DNA of 64,000 bases from Antedon mediterranea. Its lineage: Eukaryota > Animalia > Echinodermata. Position numbers and translations under genes: made by a program. The notes beneath the pieces were generated by a model. It searched no databases. It worked only from the letters and a program-made list of their open reading frames with translations, and was not told the DNA's origin. The stretch spans positions 2,971,812 to 3,035,811 of the forward strand of contig NC_092675.1 in NCBI RefSeq assembly GCF_964355755.1, given 5' to 3'. Of this stretch, positions 21,501 to 36,500 are shown piece by piece; position 1 is the first letter of the stretch, and each line of letters begins with the position of its first letter.

Positions 21501-24500
21501 AAAGAAACTTTGGTTATATATTGTTTTAAGGTTTCAATGTCCAAAAGCTGTTTTGATCAATATGTTTTGATTGTTCTCAAGAGTGAAAGTGCAGGTAGTT
21601 CAGGAAATGGGATTATAACTAAAGTTGGGTGGGATTATTTGTGAAACTAGCTACAGACCAAGGATGATCAAAGCTATTCATAAACACTTTGAGAAGCTTT
21701 AACAGTTCTTTTTTACATGGTGTATTGCAAACTTTACATACAAACACATTATTTTTGTTTTTTTTGCAGTTTCTTCAGTTCTTCTATGTCATTTTACAAG
21801 ATTCTTTGCCAATTTATTCAATGCTTGAATTTGGATTAATTATAATTGTATGTTACGCATCTGTGCACGGTTTGGATTTCTTGAATTGGCTTTACATCAG
21901 TCACACAAGCTTTCACCTCTAGTCATGCTTTGTTACTCTTGCAGGTGTAGTGTCAGATTTGTATAGGACATTTTCTGAATCGATTTGGATTTAATTTCGA
22001 AACTTTCGTGACACGGCATCTGTATGTACAGTAAGTAAAATTCCTTCATTCATCACATTCACAGTAGGGGACTTCAAACATAATAACTTATTTCTTTCCA
22101 AACATTCTTCATGGTAGAGCATTTACAAAAAACACCTATACTGTATGGCACCAATACATATATATATAAAATGAACAAAAAAAAAAGTACCGGTAGTAAT
22201 AATATATTTATAATAAATTGCATTATGTGAAATTAATATAAAAAAAAATATAATAATGTAATATTAAACCATAGTTAGTAACACCAATGATTCTTATAGT
22301 TAGTTTTCAATAATTATACTTATATCAATATATGTTATAAACGTTCAATACCAACATTTTATTGGTTGGTAAATAAGAAAGTAAAGATGACATATTTGTT
22401 CATCTTTACAATTTCTAAAAAAGGATTTTGAAACAATATAAAAGAAAAAATGTAATGTATGAAAAGTTCCCCTACAAACGCAAACTAAGATAATACTATT
22501 CTAAAAGGTCATGTTACATATATGTATATTTTTTTTTAAACTAAAAGGAGAAAAAAATAAAATAAAAAAAAAATCCCCTAAAAACCAAAAATGCAATCAT
22601 GCTACCCAGCAGGGTTTCATTTGCAGTATAATCGATACTTACTGGAAGTTATTATAAACAAAATGCAATTCTTCCAAAGATAAAAAACAACATTGTTACT
22701 ACATAAACAGAATGTTCTAAATACGAAAGCATAGTGACATCATAATTCTTGAATGATGCTGTATGCAGTATTTCCTTGTGGTTATTATGACATCATAGAT
22801 CCTGTTGTCTGTCATATCATATGACACATTAAAAATATTTTACTTTTTACAAACAAAAAAAGCACAACAGAAACAAGTTTGTTTTTCAATAAATTTCAAT
22901 AGCTTTTTAACATCGTTTTTTGCCATTTTACCAGTAATATTTATAAAGCACCCATTGCTATGATAAGCTGATAATCAGCAGCGCTTCACATACTGCCATA
23001 ACATTTGGTAAAAAGTCTTTGAATGTTTTTAAACTGATAATAGTCATTCAAATGTTTAATGTAACTTGGCACATTTTTCCGGATTCTTGGTCCACCAAAG
23101 GAAAACAAGCGGTCAGGAAATGCCTTTCCTTTGTGGAATGGCTAACATCACTAATACTAGAACATGTACTGCAAGCTACATCCCATAGAAAGTAAATCTT
23201 TTAAGTAACTTGGTGCAGAACATTTAAAGACCCATTCTCTACAATTTTTGACGTTTTGCAAAAATAAATAGATAATTAGATTAAATAAATAATAATTAAA
23301 TCTAAAAAAGTAGGAAATGGGACTTTAAGTGAACACCAAACAAGGCTTGTTATTTTACACAAACATTTCAAAATAAATTTACCTTCAAGGCTCCATCTTT
23401 AAATGCCTGACGCGCTAATTTCCCGGGGCCATCAACCGTTTTGCCATCATCATCCGGACCCCAGCTAGCACTGTAGATGTCTACGTGTTGAGGTTGATGT
23501 GCCAGTGAACGGGCTTCCACTGCATCTGTCACATCACCATCAAGCATCCGTACACCTATAAAAAAACAGGTTCACAACTATTATCTATAAAAACTACCTA
23601 TCCTTGCCATATGATTGGTTAATATATATCACATGCCATCCATTATTTAGTTCTCATTGCATTGTAAAGGTTCTAATTATTGGTTCTATTGTAGGCCTAT
23701 TGACTGTTGCATACCAATTTGTAGTGTGTGCCATCTACAACTACTCTACTTTGTGGCATAAATCGGAGAAATGCGTTTTTGAATGGCAGTTTATTTGTAT
23801 ACAGTATCACATTTTATAGGTTAAGAGTAATCAGTAGAGATGTTTGATATCATGATAGTGGTATTACCTTTTACAGAACAATACAAATATCAAAGTATCA
23901 TTCTATACACAAGTGTTTTTAAACAACTGTGTATAACTAACAGTACCAAAGATGCAGTCATTACCAAAAGGCTATTTATTCAAAATGACATCTTGATCAT
24001 TAAAACACAGATCTGTGACGTCAGTCTAAGTCTAAACTGTCATCGTTAAAGACAAGATCATTAAGTGTGCAAATTTTGCATTAGAGCAAAACCATTACAT
24101 GAAATCTTTAAGGTTATTTTAAAGTAATCTTTAAGGAGGAAATTGAAATATGTTAAAGCTCCAGGCATAAAAGATTTGAAGTAATAACAATGTAAATATG
24201 CTCTATATGTAACCTGTTCTTGAGGAAAATATATCCTTAGGTTGAAATTGAAATAAAAATAAATAAATGTCAAAATTCAACTGATTAAAGAATGCATGTA
24301 AAAGATGAGAGTTCATCTTGTACAGTATGGTTTAATAATGAAAATAACTATTACAGTCAACAACCTTCTCATTTACAAACTGCTTTCAGAGCAATGAACC
24401 CGTAAACTTTATAAAACAATTTCTCAATCTTTTCCAGTTCTTGGTTTACAACTATCAACTCAGGTACTATATTCAGCACAAAGACCTCTTTTGTAATCGC

Positions 24501-27500
24501 AAATAGAAATCAGAAGTCAACGAACATACAAATGAACAGTGTACTACAAACAACAAACTTTCCTTCCTGCGATTAGTACATACTTTTTAAACAAGGTAAT
24601 ACAGCCAACACTCTCAATACCTGTAGGCTAGCCTAATGTGTCTGGCTTTCCAGAAATTTTAGTAATCGGAATGTGTTTTTAATTGTTAAACATATTATGG
24701 AATCTTTTGAACCTCTGGTTCTTACTTAGAGAACCTGGTGTTTAGGAGTCACATCAAATGGAAACAAGTATTTAAAAGAAAGAGTACAGAACAGAAAGAT
24801 TTTGATGGCGTTTTGATTCCATCCACTTTAAGAATAAATTAATATAAGTATACTATAGGCAACTATGGTTGGAATTATGAAAACCTTCAGTTTTTTTAAT
24901 GATGTTGATATGATGTCCCAATACTAATTTCTTGTTTATAAATAAGTTCAGTGTTACCTCCAATATTAGCGTTGTAAGCGACGCCAACAGAACATACATT
25001 GTTATTGGCTTCAGCAGCTACTTCTCCAGCACACCGAGTGCCATGTCTACAAGAAATTATGAAATTCATGAATGAATAAGCAGCATTCAAAGAATTATGT
25101 CAAATATGTATATAATTGATTATATCATTTTACAAGTTGATTGAGTGCAAACTCCGTAAAATGATAGGTCATCAAATATTATCATTTATCATTTCTTCTG
25201 CTCATCTTTGAAATGATCTGCCATCAAAGCTATTATTGGCAACATCAATCAACAATGTTTTCAAAAGTTTTAACATCATCTTAGTTTTTCACTCAAGCTC
25301 TTGTGAATACTGTTCTGGCGAGGTCTCATATGGGAGATGCAGATACAGATACATTTATTGTCCAATAAAAATGAAAATGACAGTGCTTATAAAAAGGGGG
25401 AAAAAAGAACTATTTAACAAATCTTTTGTTATAATGCCTTATCCCAGCTGGGTAGAATGAGTACTTGTAACGTTCACCGTCCTCATCCTACCACTTCTGA
25501 TGATAACGTAGCCGATAATGAGGATGATTGGTGTCTTCCAATGTGGCATGGAACACATCGGCAAGACGTTCGCTTTAAAGTGCTGGAGAACGGAGTGATG
25601 TAAATGGTTCCTCTGCTTCTTATTCATTTTTCTTAGGATATTTAATGTGTGTTTTTTTTTGTGTGTAAAGCGCTTACTTTACATTAGGAGCTATATAACG
25701 CTACCATATTATTATTATTATTACAGTATTTATATGTTATTTATATACTGACCTGTTTTCATTGCGGATGTCATAACGTGGTTGTGGGTCGTTGTCATGA
25801 TCATTTACATCATAACTTGCTTTACTATCCTGAAATATACAAATGTATTCAATATTAAAAATCAAAGTGTGTCTAAAAAAATAATAGGCAGCTTTCAAAT
25901 TGCAATGACCAAGGTCAGGTCAATCATTGTGTCATCAGTCATAAACTTGCCTTTCTATCCTGAAATATACTGTACAAATGTATTTAATATTAAAAATCAA
26001 AGGTAAGTATCTGAAAAGAATATTTAAGCTCTGTATACACTATCAAACTTTATGAAATAAAAAAAGTGATGTACCCATACATGATGATGTCATATCACTA
26101 CTATATTTGGGCATATCACTACCATATTTAGGCATATCACTACCATATTTGGGCATATTATTACCATATTTGGGCACATCACACTTTTTTTTTGGTCAAA
26201 CTATAGTTTGATAGTGTAGACAGAGCTTAATAGAGAGCTTTCAATTTGCAACAACCAAGGATCGTCAACCAAGGTCAGGTCAACCAAGGTCAGGTCAACC
26301 AAGGTCAGGTCAATCAAGGAGTCAATGCCTACAAAATAAACATAATATCATAATTCAAGAATGTTTTATCAAATGATGAAAAATATCATAGTTGAGACGT
26401 AAAATAATAAATATTTTGATTAGAAACATTACCAAACAATAGGATTATTAATCTGCGTTTTGACCTTTAAATGTCAAGAAACAATAAACAATAAAATATG
26501 TTGACACATACATGTATGTTTCTGTAGGAGTGTAGGTACAATAAAGCATGGTTCCCAATTGGACCCAGCTTTACACAGAATCTAATTGGATCAATGATAA
26601 ACAAAAATACCGGAATACTGTATGCACACAAAACAAAATTCAATGTGTAGTTTTACTCTTTAAAAAAAAGATTTATTTTCCAATTATGAAAATCCAAATG
26701 TCAAAACACAAAATAGACTGCCAAACTCAGTAGGGGATTTTTGTATTGTGAACATGTACAAAGGTAACCAGGACATATTGTACACTGTATTTAGTTTAAC
26801 AAAAATAGAAAAATAGAAATAACCTTTGAATATTATTATTCACTTACAGTAGTATTGGTATTGATCACAAATATACATTTCATTTCCTTTTTATTAATTT
26901 TCGTTCATTTTTTCTTTTCCATCTTAATTTATCTTAAAGGGCAATTTATATAGACGAGCGGAAACGGTAAACAGAAAAGTCAGTATAGCTTGTCCCACAT
27001 AGAATCTGTATTTATCTTAAGCGGAAACCACCCAGCAGGTCTGCGGCGTTGTGTGCAAATGGTCGTAAGGAGTAACATACAGCGGATTCTATATTTTTAT
27101 TAATGTAAATTATCCTTAAGGCAATAAATTGATGGATGTTTGCAAAGAATTCAAAATTACCGATACCTGCAAACATCAAAGGGCAGTGAAATGATAGATA
27201 ATGATCCTAACTTGTTTTAAAACAAAACTAATTGCCATGATTATTTAAATCTAATTATCGGAGATAAAAAGTTGTTGTTTGTCCGCCATCAATAAAAGCA
27301 TCTTTCACTTGCTACATCCATTGGTTTATATATTAATGTTGTGTTAATCTTTTTTGCTTTGAGTTAAATCTAGTACGTGACATTTAGACTTTCTTTTCAC
27401 TACCAATTTGAACCGAGAAGAAGTCTGCTGCATCTGAAAAGCCTTTAATGGTTTGCCAAGGTAAAATTAGATAGTAATTCATGACGAAAATAACTAAATG

Positions 27501-30500
27501 AGAAGGTTTTTCTTGTTGCCAATTGACAAGCAATGGTTAATTTCTAAATGATCAAGAGATGACAGTAGTTAAATGTTGTGTTGTTTCTACCATAGAGCTA
27601 TATTACAGTAAAACTAAACATCCTATATTTGATCTACAACTATAGTACAGTACATCATTAGTAATTATAACAATGTGAAACTATTAATTTATTATAGTAG
27701 TTATCACTTTGACCAAAAATTGTGTGTGTCTTAAATCTTACACTTTTACAGTCAATGTTGTCTTTGTGAAAATCATTTTTTTCCCTTAGAAGGGAAAAAC
27801 TTGATTCAAATTACCAAATGGCCTATTTAAATTGTATTGATTATATTTGGGGACAATACTTATTTAATAAAAAATATAATAAAACAAATTCCAATGCACA
27901 CAAAACGAAAGATCTTTATAACTATTAGCAATTGCTATAAAATCTAATACTACAGTACCTGATATACTGTTTTACATTTATAATTAATCTATTATTTAAA
28001 AAAAAATGATAATACCAAAAGATGATATAATATGTGACTGTGTATTCCACATTTAGATACATCATTCGGTATACAGTATTGTTGTGAAACAAGTCCTTTT
28101 ATTTCAACAATATTTTACGAGGGTGGTCCATCCAGCAGAAGCTAATCATTAGAGACCCTCACAGAAATACATCATTACAAGACATAAACATGTAACAATA
28201 AAAATTAAAATAAATATAATTTATAAAGATAAAATAAAGCACAAAAAAATTAGAATCAAAAATTAAATTAAATTGGCCATCTCAGGAGAAAAGATTGGAA
28301 AAAGGAAGCAACTAAACAAGAAGATGGTTCTTGAGCAGACATCCGAAGGAAGAGTAAATGGTTTTTGCCAGTTTAGACTAGACAGAAAATAATATGGTCA
28401 TAATTTACTGATAACATACTGCATGTGTCCAGTGATAAAGGAAAAGTTATCATGAAAATCTCCTTACTGCAATATCTAAAGTAGATGGTGGTTGTGTAAA
28501 CAGACCATATGGAGGTTTAGAACACTAAGTGCAGTATAAACAGTGTTAAAATAGATGCAAGTATTGAAATGGTGCATGTGGGAATAAAAAATGCATTTTG
28601 CCCGATTATTAGACGGCAATAAATGAAGCATAATTGTAGCTGAAATAAGTTCACAAAATCAGATGTTAAATATTCTAAACAAATCACATACTGTAGATGA
28701 CTTTGTAAAAATCTGAAATTGAAGTCAAGTATAAAGAAGTGGAAACCTTTAATTACGAACGGATTGTTTTAAAATGAAGTCAACACACGCAATGCAAATT
28801 TTCTACCTAAATGTACTGTAAAAACAATTTGATCAAGAACTCTATTAAATACCATAAAGCTACATTATGGAATTCAATCCATGTAGATATTAAAACGGCA
28901 TCTACAACTAAATTTAAATTAGTATTTTTTTGTTTGTTTGTTTGTTTCTTTATTTCCATTCACAACAAAATAAAACCATTAAAATACATAAATATTCATT
29001 ACAAAAATGAAAGAATGGAAAGGGGGAATCTCTGAAGCACAGCTTATAAGTAGAAACCCCCTGTTACAAAACAGTTTATAAATAGTAATATGAAAAAAAG
29101 GCACAACGGCATAGGCAAACAAAATGTAACTTTTAAGAAAGTTTCTTGTTTTTTTCTTTATCTTAAAAAAAAAAAAGATTTCTCAGAGAGTAAGATGTAA
29201 TTGTAAAAAGAAAAAAAAAAAAAAACCTGTTCTAATCAGAGTATTGCAAAAGTAATTTATTTTTGTATTTTATTTTAAAAGTTATAGGATTCTTAAGTAA
29301 CTTAAGAGTCTCAGGTATATCACGCCAAAGTTCAACCCCTTTACTAACTAAACTTAATGATTTTTGAGTGGTTCTTTTAAATTGTGGGTAGAAATGGTGT
29401 TTTTGTCGCGTGTATTTATACAAGAAGTATACAAGAACTATTTACTTTCAAGATATGACGAACGTTAAATATATATTTATAAGACCAGTTAAGATCGGAT
29501 AATATGGTTTAAGTAGAAATTGTAGCTTTGTTTTCTTTTATTTATTATTAGTTTATGTTTTCTTTTCTTTATCGTATTAATGTTATATATTTGGGATGGG
29601 TCAAGTCTTTCTGACTTATATGACCCGACATGATTACTTCCATTTTATTTATCACCCTGTATGTTATTATGTTGTGGAAATAAAATTAAATTGAAAATTG
29701 ATATTGAAGTATTGCACATCTATCTAAGACAAGATAATACCCCACTGGTTTGAACGTTGATTGTCTCCTTTTTGTGAATCTAACATCAACATCCAGGTCA
29801 AAGAGTCACAGATATACCGGAGGGTTGCAGCTTCTCAGACGGAATGATACCAACTATTAATTTCCCTCCCAGTACTATACTTTTGACAGTATGTAAAATT
29901 GTATACTTTTAAACATAACACTTTTTGTTTACATAAGCAACAACCAATTAACATGAAATTTGGTGTGTACATACAAATAATTATATACTAATATCTAATA
30001 ACATACATAATTGGTTTCGAGGTCCGGGTGGTTCTTTTCCAAACCATCATCCAGGATTGACACAACAACTCCTCTCCCTGTGTAGCCTTGTTCCCACGCC
30101 GGAATCACGTTCATGTCTCGATGATTGCCTCGATTCTGTAATGAAACAAGATGATACAGTTGACATGTTATTTCAAAATTAATCAATGAATAATTATGAA
30201 ATACCTCAATGCAGGGGGTATGGTGTAAGTACGGCTGCCAAAAACATAAAGTACAAGATATATTGTAGTTTGACATTGGGTGAGTTAGTTTCAGTCAGGG
30301 GGATTAAATAGCAAAAGGCAGTACAGTACTTTCTAGGACTTTCTGGTTCAGATATTGTAACATGACCACAGCCATCTTTCTCCTAACTGGATTTAAAAAG
30401 CCGTTTTGCACAAATGTCCTTTTGCCAAACTTTTTAGCATAAAAAAAAGCTTTAAAAAAAGGTAATCAAAGCGACGATTGGTATTGAATAAGTAGGTTTG

Positions 30501-33500
30501 TGTAAATAGATAAAAAATGTATTATCTTCTACAATACCTTACTTGTATTGTTAATGTTATCTCTCATCATATGATGATATACAGTATAATAATAAACTCA
30601 CATGAATTAGGAATTGATATTTTACAAACTAAATTTCCTATAACTGGTCACATTTTTGCATAAAAACAATTATTTGTCAGTAAATGATTTATGATGTGAT
30701 CAATAAAAGGGATAATAAATTGGCACATGCTGCTAGCTAATAGCCAGCATTCATTTAAATTATGAGATAAACATTCTGTATGTAGTAGAAAGGTTATAGA
30801 TGATAGATACTACATTTGGCATTAAATTATTCTTTTAGTCTGGACTTATTGTAATTATCTCATTTCTCACCTGTACATAATTGAATAGTTTTATAAATAA
30901 TGATCTTCGTACAACAACTATGGGACACTTACTGTACTGTGTAGCATAGAGTATATTTACTGTACAGTACTGTAGTACAGTATAGTAATAAGGAACTTAA
31001 CTATACTGTGTGTACAATTTTTAAAACTGAAGGCTGTACTGAAAGTGTGCAATGGATAATTGACAACACTGTGTACATTTTTACATTTTTAGATTTTACA
31101 GGTATCGATGTTTAAATTTGAAACTATTATAATCAAAACAGTAATGTTTGAAGAGTTGTATTTATGTATAAAATCAACAGCTGAAGCATATTGATCAAAA
31201 CTGTGAGAAACTCAATGTTCAAATACTACAAACATGTTCTTAATTGTGTACAATGAATTTATAACTGTAAAACACGCTTTGAAATACTGTACCGTAGTCA
31301 TTTCGACCACACTTCATTCATAGAAAGCTCCAAACAAATACTGTATTATCTCTGAAAAGATTATAAACATCTTTACCAGAGGTAATAGAAAAGTTCAAAC
31401 TTGGGGTACAGTACAGTACTTGTTTACTAAATACTGTAGGCCTATTTTTAGATAATTGTCCCTGGAGTTAAAAGTCTGTGACGTACGTTTCGGAAAACAA
31501 TGACGTCACTAAAAGTAATAACAAAGGAAAAAAAATAAAGTATTGTTATTAGTACAGGCTATATCATACTTAAGTATTTAATAGTATTTTGAAGTATGGT
31601 AAATTAACACCGAGAAAAAATAACAATAAAGCCATACATTGATATTTACGCGACAAAATCAGTCCAGTAGTACAGTATGGCTTCACAGTAGTTTGGGGCC
31701 AAGCAAACATAATAATGGTATAATGTCATTGTCAATGGCATAAATGTGTTAAATTTACAGACTTTTGAATTATAATTAGTCACAATATACAGTTTAAATG
31801 ACACTATTTGAATTCATGTTAATTGTTATTCACAGACAGTTTATGTAAAGTTATAATATTGAACAATATGAATGAATTCATTTTAATTTAGAAAAAGATA
31901 AAAATACTATTCATCTCATAAAATGAAAACAAGTGAAACATTTATTAAACATTAAATTAAATATTTTTTTGGTGATTTTATTATAAACAACGTTTGACCT
32001 ACACTGTAGTACTTACTATAGCAGCAGACTGAATGCTGCAAGAAATTAGCAAAAAGTAACATTTTGATTTTAAACTCCAAACTTTATGTAACAAAAATGT
32101 GATGCGACAATATATGGACATAATAATGTCATATCACTATTATCACTGCCATATTTGGGCACATCACACTTTTTTTGTAAATGTTTGATAATGTACAGTA
32201 GACAGAGCTTTAGTTAGATCCTATAAATGTTTGTTTAGATGATTGTAATTGGATGTTTGCTGATATTACAGTACACTTATTAAAGATAATAAAATTCTTC
32301 AGTTTCAGTTTCTCATATAAACCTTAAACCATTAACCAGGATGTTGTAGAAAAGTAATCTATTCTTTAATATCAATACTTGCTAATGTCTACTATGCTAG
32401 TATTAGTAATCAATTTGAGTTAATTAATGCACTCTTTGTCTTGTTTGTACTGTAATTGTGGTGCACTTTTATATAAAGGGCGTTTGTGGTTATTATTATT
32501 GAACATTGGATTCTTCTACTTTATTTGATAGTTTCAGATTTTCACCAATGTACACAGCATGCAATTTATTTAACAAAAACTTTTCAAGATAGTCACTTGT
32601 ATCATTTGTATTTATATTATTTATTCTACTCAGGTACAAAACATATCTCGAAATTGTTAACAATTTTGACAATAAAGTTATCTTGTATCTTGTAGTAGTA
32701 AATGCCCTACTGTACCACCATTCTTTTAATTCCAATTTGAATACTGTACTGTATCAATCACATAATTATACTGTACAATACAAATTAAATCATAGTTTCA
32801 AATGGTAATTAAGTTAATAAACAACTTACCAGTAGAAATGTCATAACAACAAGTTAACACAAACAGCTGTTTCGATTGTTAATTAAAAATGTTTATAAAT
32901 CTCATCAAATCTCTAATTAAACATAGCAGCAGCCTCTCATAATGTAATAATCAATCAAGTAGGGAAAAAAAAAAATGTACTCTTCTCTGGTAAAAAAATG
33001 CTTTGCTACACACTACAATACTAATACTAACTAGAATTTAATTCGTCACTTTGACGAACTAATACTAATAATAATAATAATAAACAATATTTACAGTATA
33101 TAGCGCCTAATGGATCACTGACCCCTCTAGGTGCTTTACATTAGACCCTAACTAATGGTAATAAACTATCCTCCGCCAGAAACCATTCCGGTATTTCTTA
33201 GTCGAGGTTTCGGGGATGGAAATAATAATAAATGAAAGAGAAACCCCTATTAAGGGGACACCGTCTTTAGGAACTCATTAAAAAGTGTCCCCTTAAAAGA
33301 GGGCTGTCACAAAAATAGGGGTTGGAATGGTAAAACATATTACCTCATTGGAAACTTTCCCCTAAACAGGAGGGGTTCTATTTTGAGGCCATTTCTGTAA
33401 ACAAAATGAAAGGCAATTTTGCAGTATGTTTTAACATTTCGGCCACACCCTTATTTTGGGATACTGTTATTAATGGGTCACTTTGTTTGGTCCTAAAGGT

Positions 33501-36500
33501 GTAATTGTAGTATATTTTGTTGGAATTGGACAATTTGATGTTCAATACTTCAACAAACTTGTTACTAATATTTAAGCATATTTAAAGGCAACCAACAACT
33601 GCTTTAATACTGTTATTATAACCTTTGGTTTACAAGGTAAATTAGTGCCATGTAGAATATTCTTTTCAAATTGAAGATAAGTGAATCAGCATTTCTAACT
33701 ATAATTTAGAAAACTTGTCAGACAAGAGTGAGTTTTATAGATTTGCGTAACCTTTTGAAAAAGGCTATAAAAGCGAGACATTTATACAATATCTATCATC
33801 CAAAGCGAACACTGCTAGCCAATGTTATGTCACGATAATTGAGTTAATTATGCAGTACTGTAGTCATATCCATTAAGTACTTATAATTGTTGCTAATACT
33901 CTAGGCTTTGAGTAGAATTCCATTAATGAATAGTAACGTGCAAACCCTTGGATGGGAGCCTGGTGTCTGTCTAGAAATGTTCATTTTGTACTTGATAGTG
34001 CACTTCCAATCCACTTGGGTAACAGTTATAGTTTAATCCATAATTGTTTAAATTCATTTCTTTGATGAAAAATGTAATTTAAAGCAGAACATAGTCAAAT
34101 TGGCTGCCAGCAAATGGTTTTAGGTTTAATTTAAACATTTGTTTTTTCTTTTTATATTAAAGTTTAACATTTTTATATATTAAAATGTAAACATTTTTTT
34201 CGTTTTTTTCTATGGAAGTGATTAACTTAATATTAAACTACAAAATGGCCTATTAAAAGTCTAATTTCATGTTTTTGGAGGACAATACATCTTCAAAAAT
34301 AATTTAACACAATTTTGTTTCTTCAGGTGTGAAATATAGATTTATAAGGATACTACATAATCTTGTTAGTATGTCACAAATATTTACATTTTTAACAAGT
34401 ACTTATTGATTTAGAATGTTTAAAAGCCTTACTTCCAACTATTGATTGTTAACAAGAAATATTGAGTTAAGAATACCATATAAAGTAAACATCTAACAAA
34501 ACATCAATAAGACTTGTTTCTTAACTGGTAATTGATTGGAAAAAATTCAATTTATATTGAAGTCGTTTTGACGCATTTTCATGCAAATGATCAATACGGT
34601 TAATACAGTTGTTGTACAATGTGTTACAAGCCAACAATTCAATTATTTTTTGGTTTTCTTGAACGCTCACGCCATCGATCAAATGTCATGTTCCAAAACA
34701 AGCTTATCTGGTTAAATATCATACAGACAACGTTTCAAATATCTACTGTACTATCTGAAACCCTTTTCACAAGTTTCAAAAGGTCTCAAATTCATTTTTA
34801 CCAATAACACATTCACAATAGTTTTTTCGTAAGCCAGTAAAAATCTCTTTCGCATGGCAACGAAATAGGGCACCGTCCAAAATATGACTGCGGTAAATTT
34901 GAGCGAAGCGCAGGTATGTGTTGTTTGGTGCTTGGCTGTCTAGGCCTAGCGTAACATCAAAGCAAATTGACCTGGCATTTTAGTAAAATACTTTAGTAAT
35001 TTACTTTCAATAAAAGTATAATTATATTATAATCATTAATCATTCCTGATTCAAATGCAAAATGTCAAAATAGATCAATATCTACCAAGCCATCTTCATT
35101 GTTTTATACTTTTAGTATCTTTCTTTTTTCTTTTTTTTTCTTTTTTTTTTTTTCTTTTATCAGAATTTGTTTAGTAGTAGGTATCCCAATGTAAAAATTC
35201 AAATTAATGATGGTACTTTTTCTTTCAGTTAATCAAAAGGAACTTACTGAACATAAACTTTTGCAATTTAAATGATTGAAATCGGATTATCCATTCAAAA
35301 GTTATGGTCCGTTAAAGTGCCCAAAAAACAGTGATTTTTGCTTGAAAAATGGCACTTTTTCTAATTATATTTGAACCCATTTTTGAAGGGTTATAACTTT
35401 TATACTAATAATTTTAAAGTTCTTATTTTTTCCAAACCCATAGATACAACAGAGTTGTACAAGAAAAAATTTTTTTTGGGTGTCCTCAACATTTTTTTTT
35501 TTAGATATCGCCCTACAAAATTCGTCCGAGGGCTTTTTACGCGTGATTTTCCCAATGTCTCAAAAATGCCCAAAAAGTTCCTGTCTTTAAATGATTCATA
35601 ACTTTTGAACCAATGTGTGAATTAACTTCTTTTTTTTTGCATTGCATAAAATGTAATATGTATTTTAGTAAGGTTATTTATATTGACAGGTAGGTAATTC
35701 TGAAATACAACATAAAATATTGTTAAAAAATGTTAAAATGTGAAAAAAAAAAATATTGCGTTAAAAAACTGTGTGGGTATTGTTTCTTTTCATTAAATAT
35801 TATTTTTCGTAAGTATACATTTTTTTAATAATTCTAGTATTTAAAGTTATATTTATAATCATATATTATTTAAATTGATTTTCGAACCGCCAAAAATAAG
35901 AATTAAGCCCGTGCTTATTATGTGTTCGATTCCATTTGGAGCGCCGGGCCGAACGTAGACTCGGCCGCGCCTACTACAAGTTAAGATAGGCCCCTAGCTA
36001 GCAAGGTCTAAATAAAAGCCTGACGCTAAATTCTGCCTAAGAAATATCGGGAAGAAATTTTTTATTTAACAAAGTAATTACCTCAATGGTATAATTGTAG
36101 CATGTTTAATTTTATTTCCCTTTCGATTATTCTAACCGAAAGTTGCACTTTGAATTGAAATATACGGAATAAAATTTAGGCCTAGAAACAGCGTAGACAT
36201 ACAACGGCAACACAGGCCAAAACGCGTTTCGGCCGCCTACATAGAATGGCTTACGGCCGCTGCATAGCAAAATCAAAGCTTCTTAAATTTCTTCGGTACA
36301 TTTCTTCCTTAACGTACTTGCTTTATATAGTAGATTTATAAATATTCCACTTATTAAATAATTTAATAAATCGGTAAAATTGACGTTTCGAAGCAAATAT
36401 TCCATGAGAGGCGACATTTTTCGACATGCCTCGTGTGCGGCGAAGACTAGTTCAGAAAATGGAACAGTCCACTGCAGGGGTTATCCAATCATTAATTAAC

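Noticed and set aside
20500-23150. Coding-looking patches in the furin intron (e.g. minus-strand VCKVCNTPC)
   Set aside because: They are fragmented by stops with no TIR, TSD or recognisable domain. This may be a decayed transposon but cannot be supported by eye.
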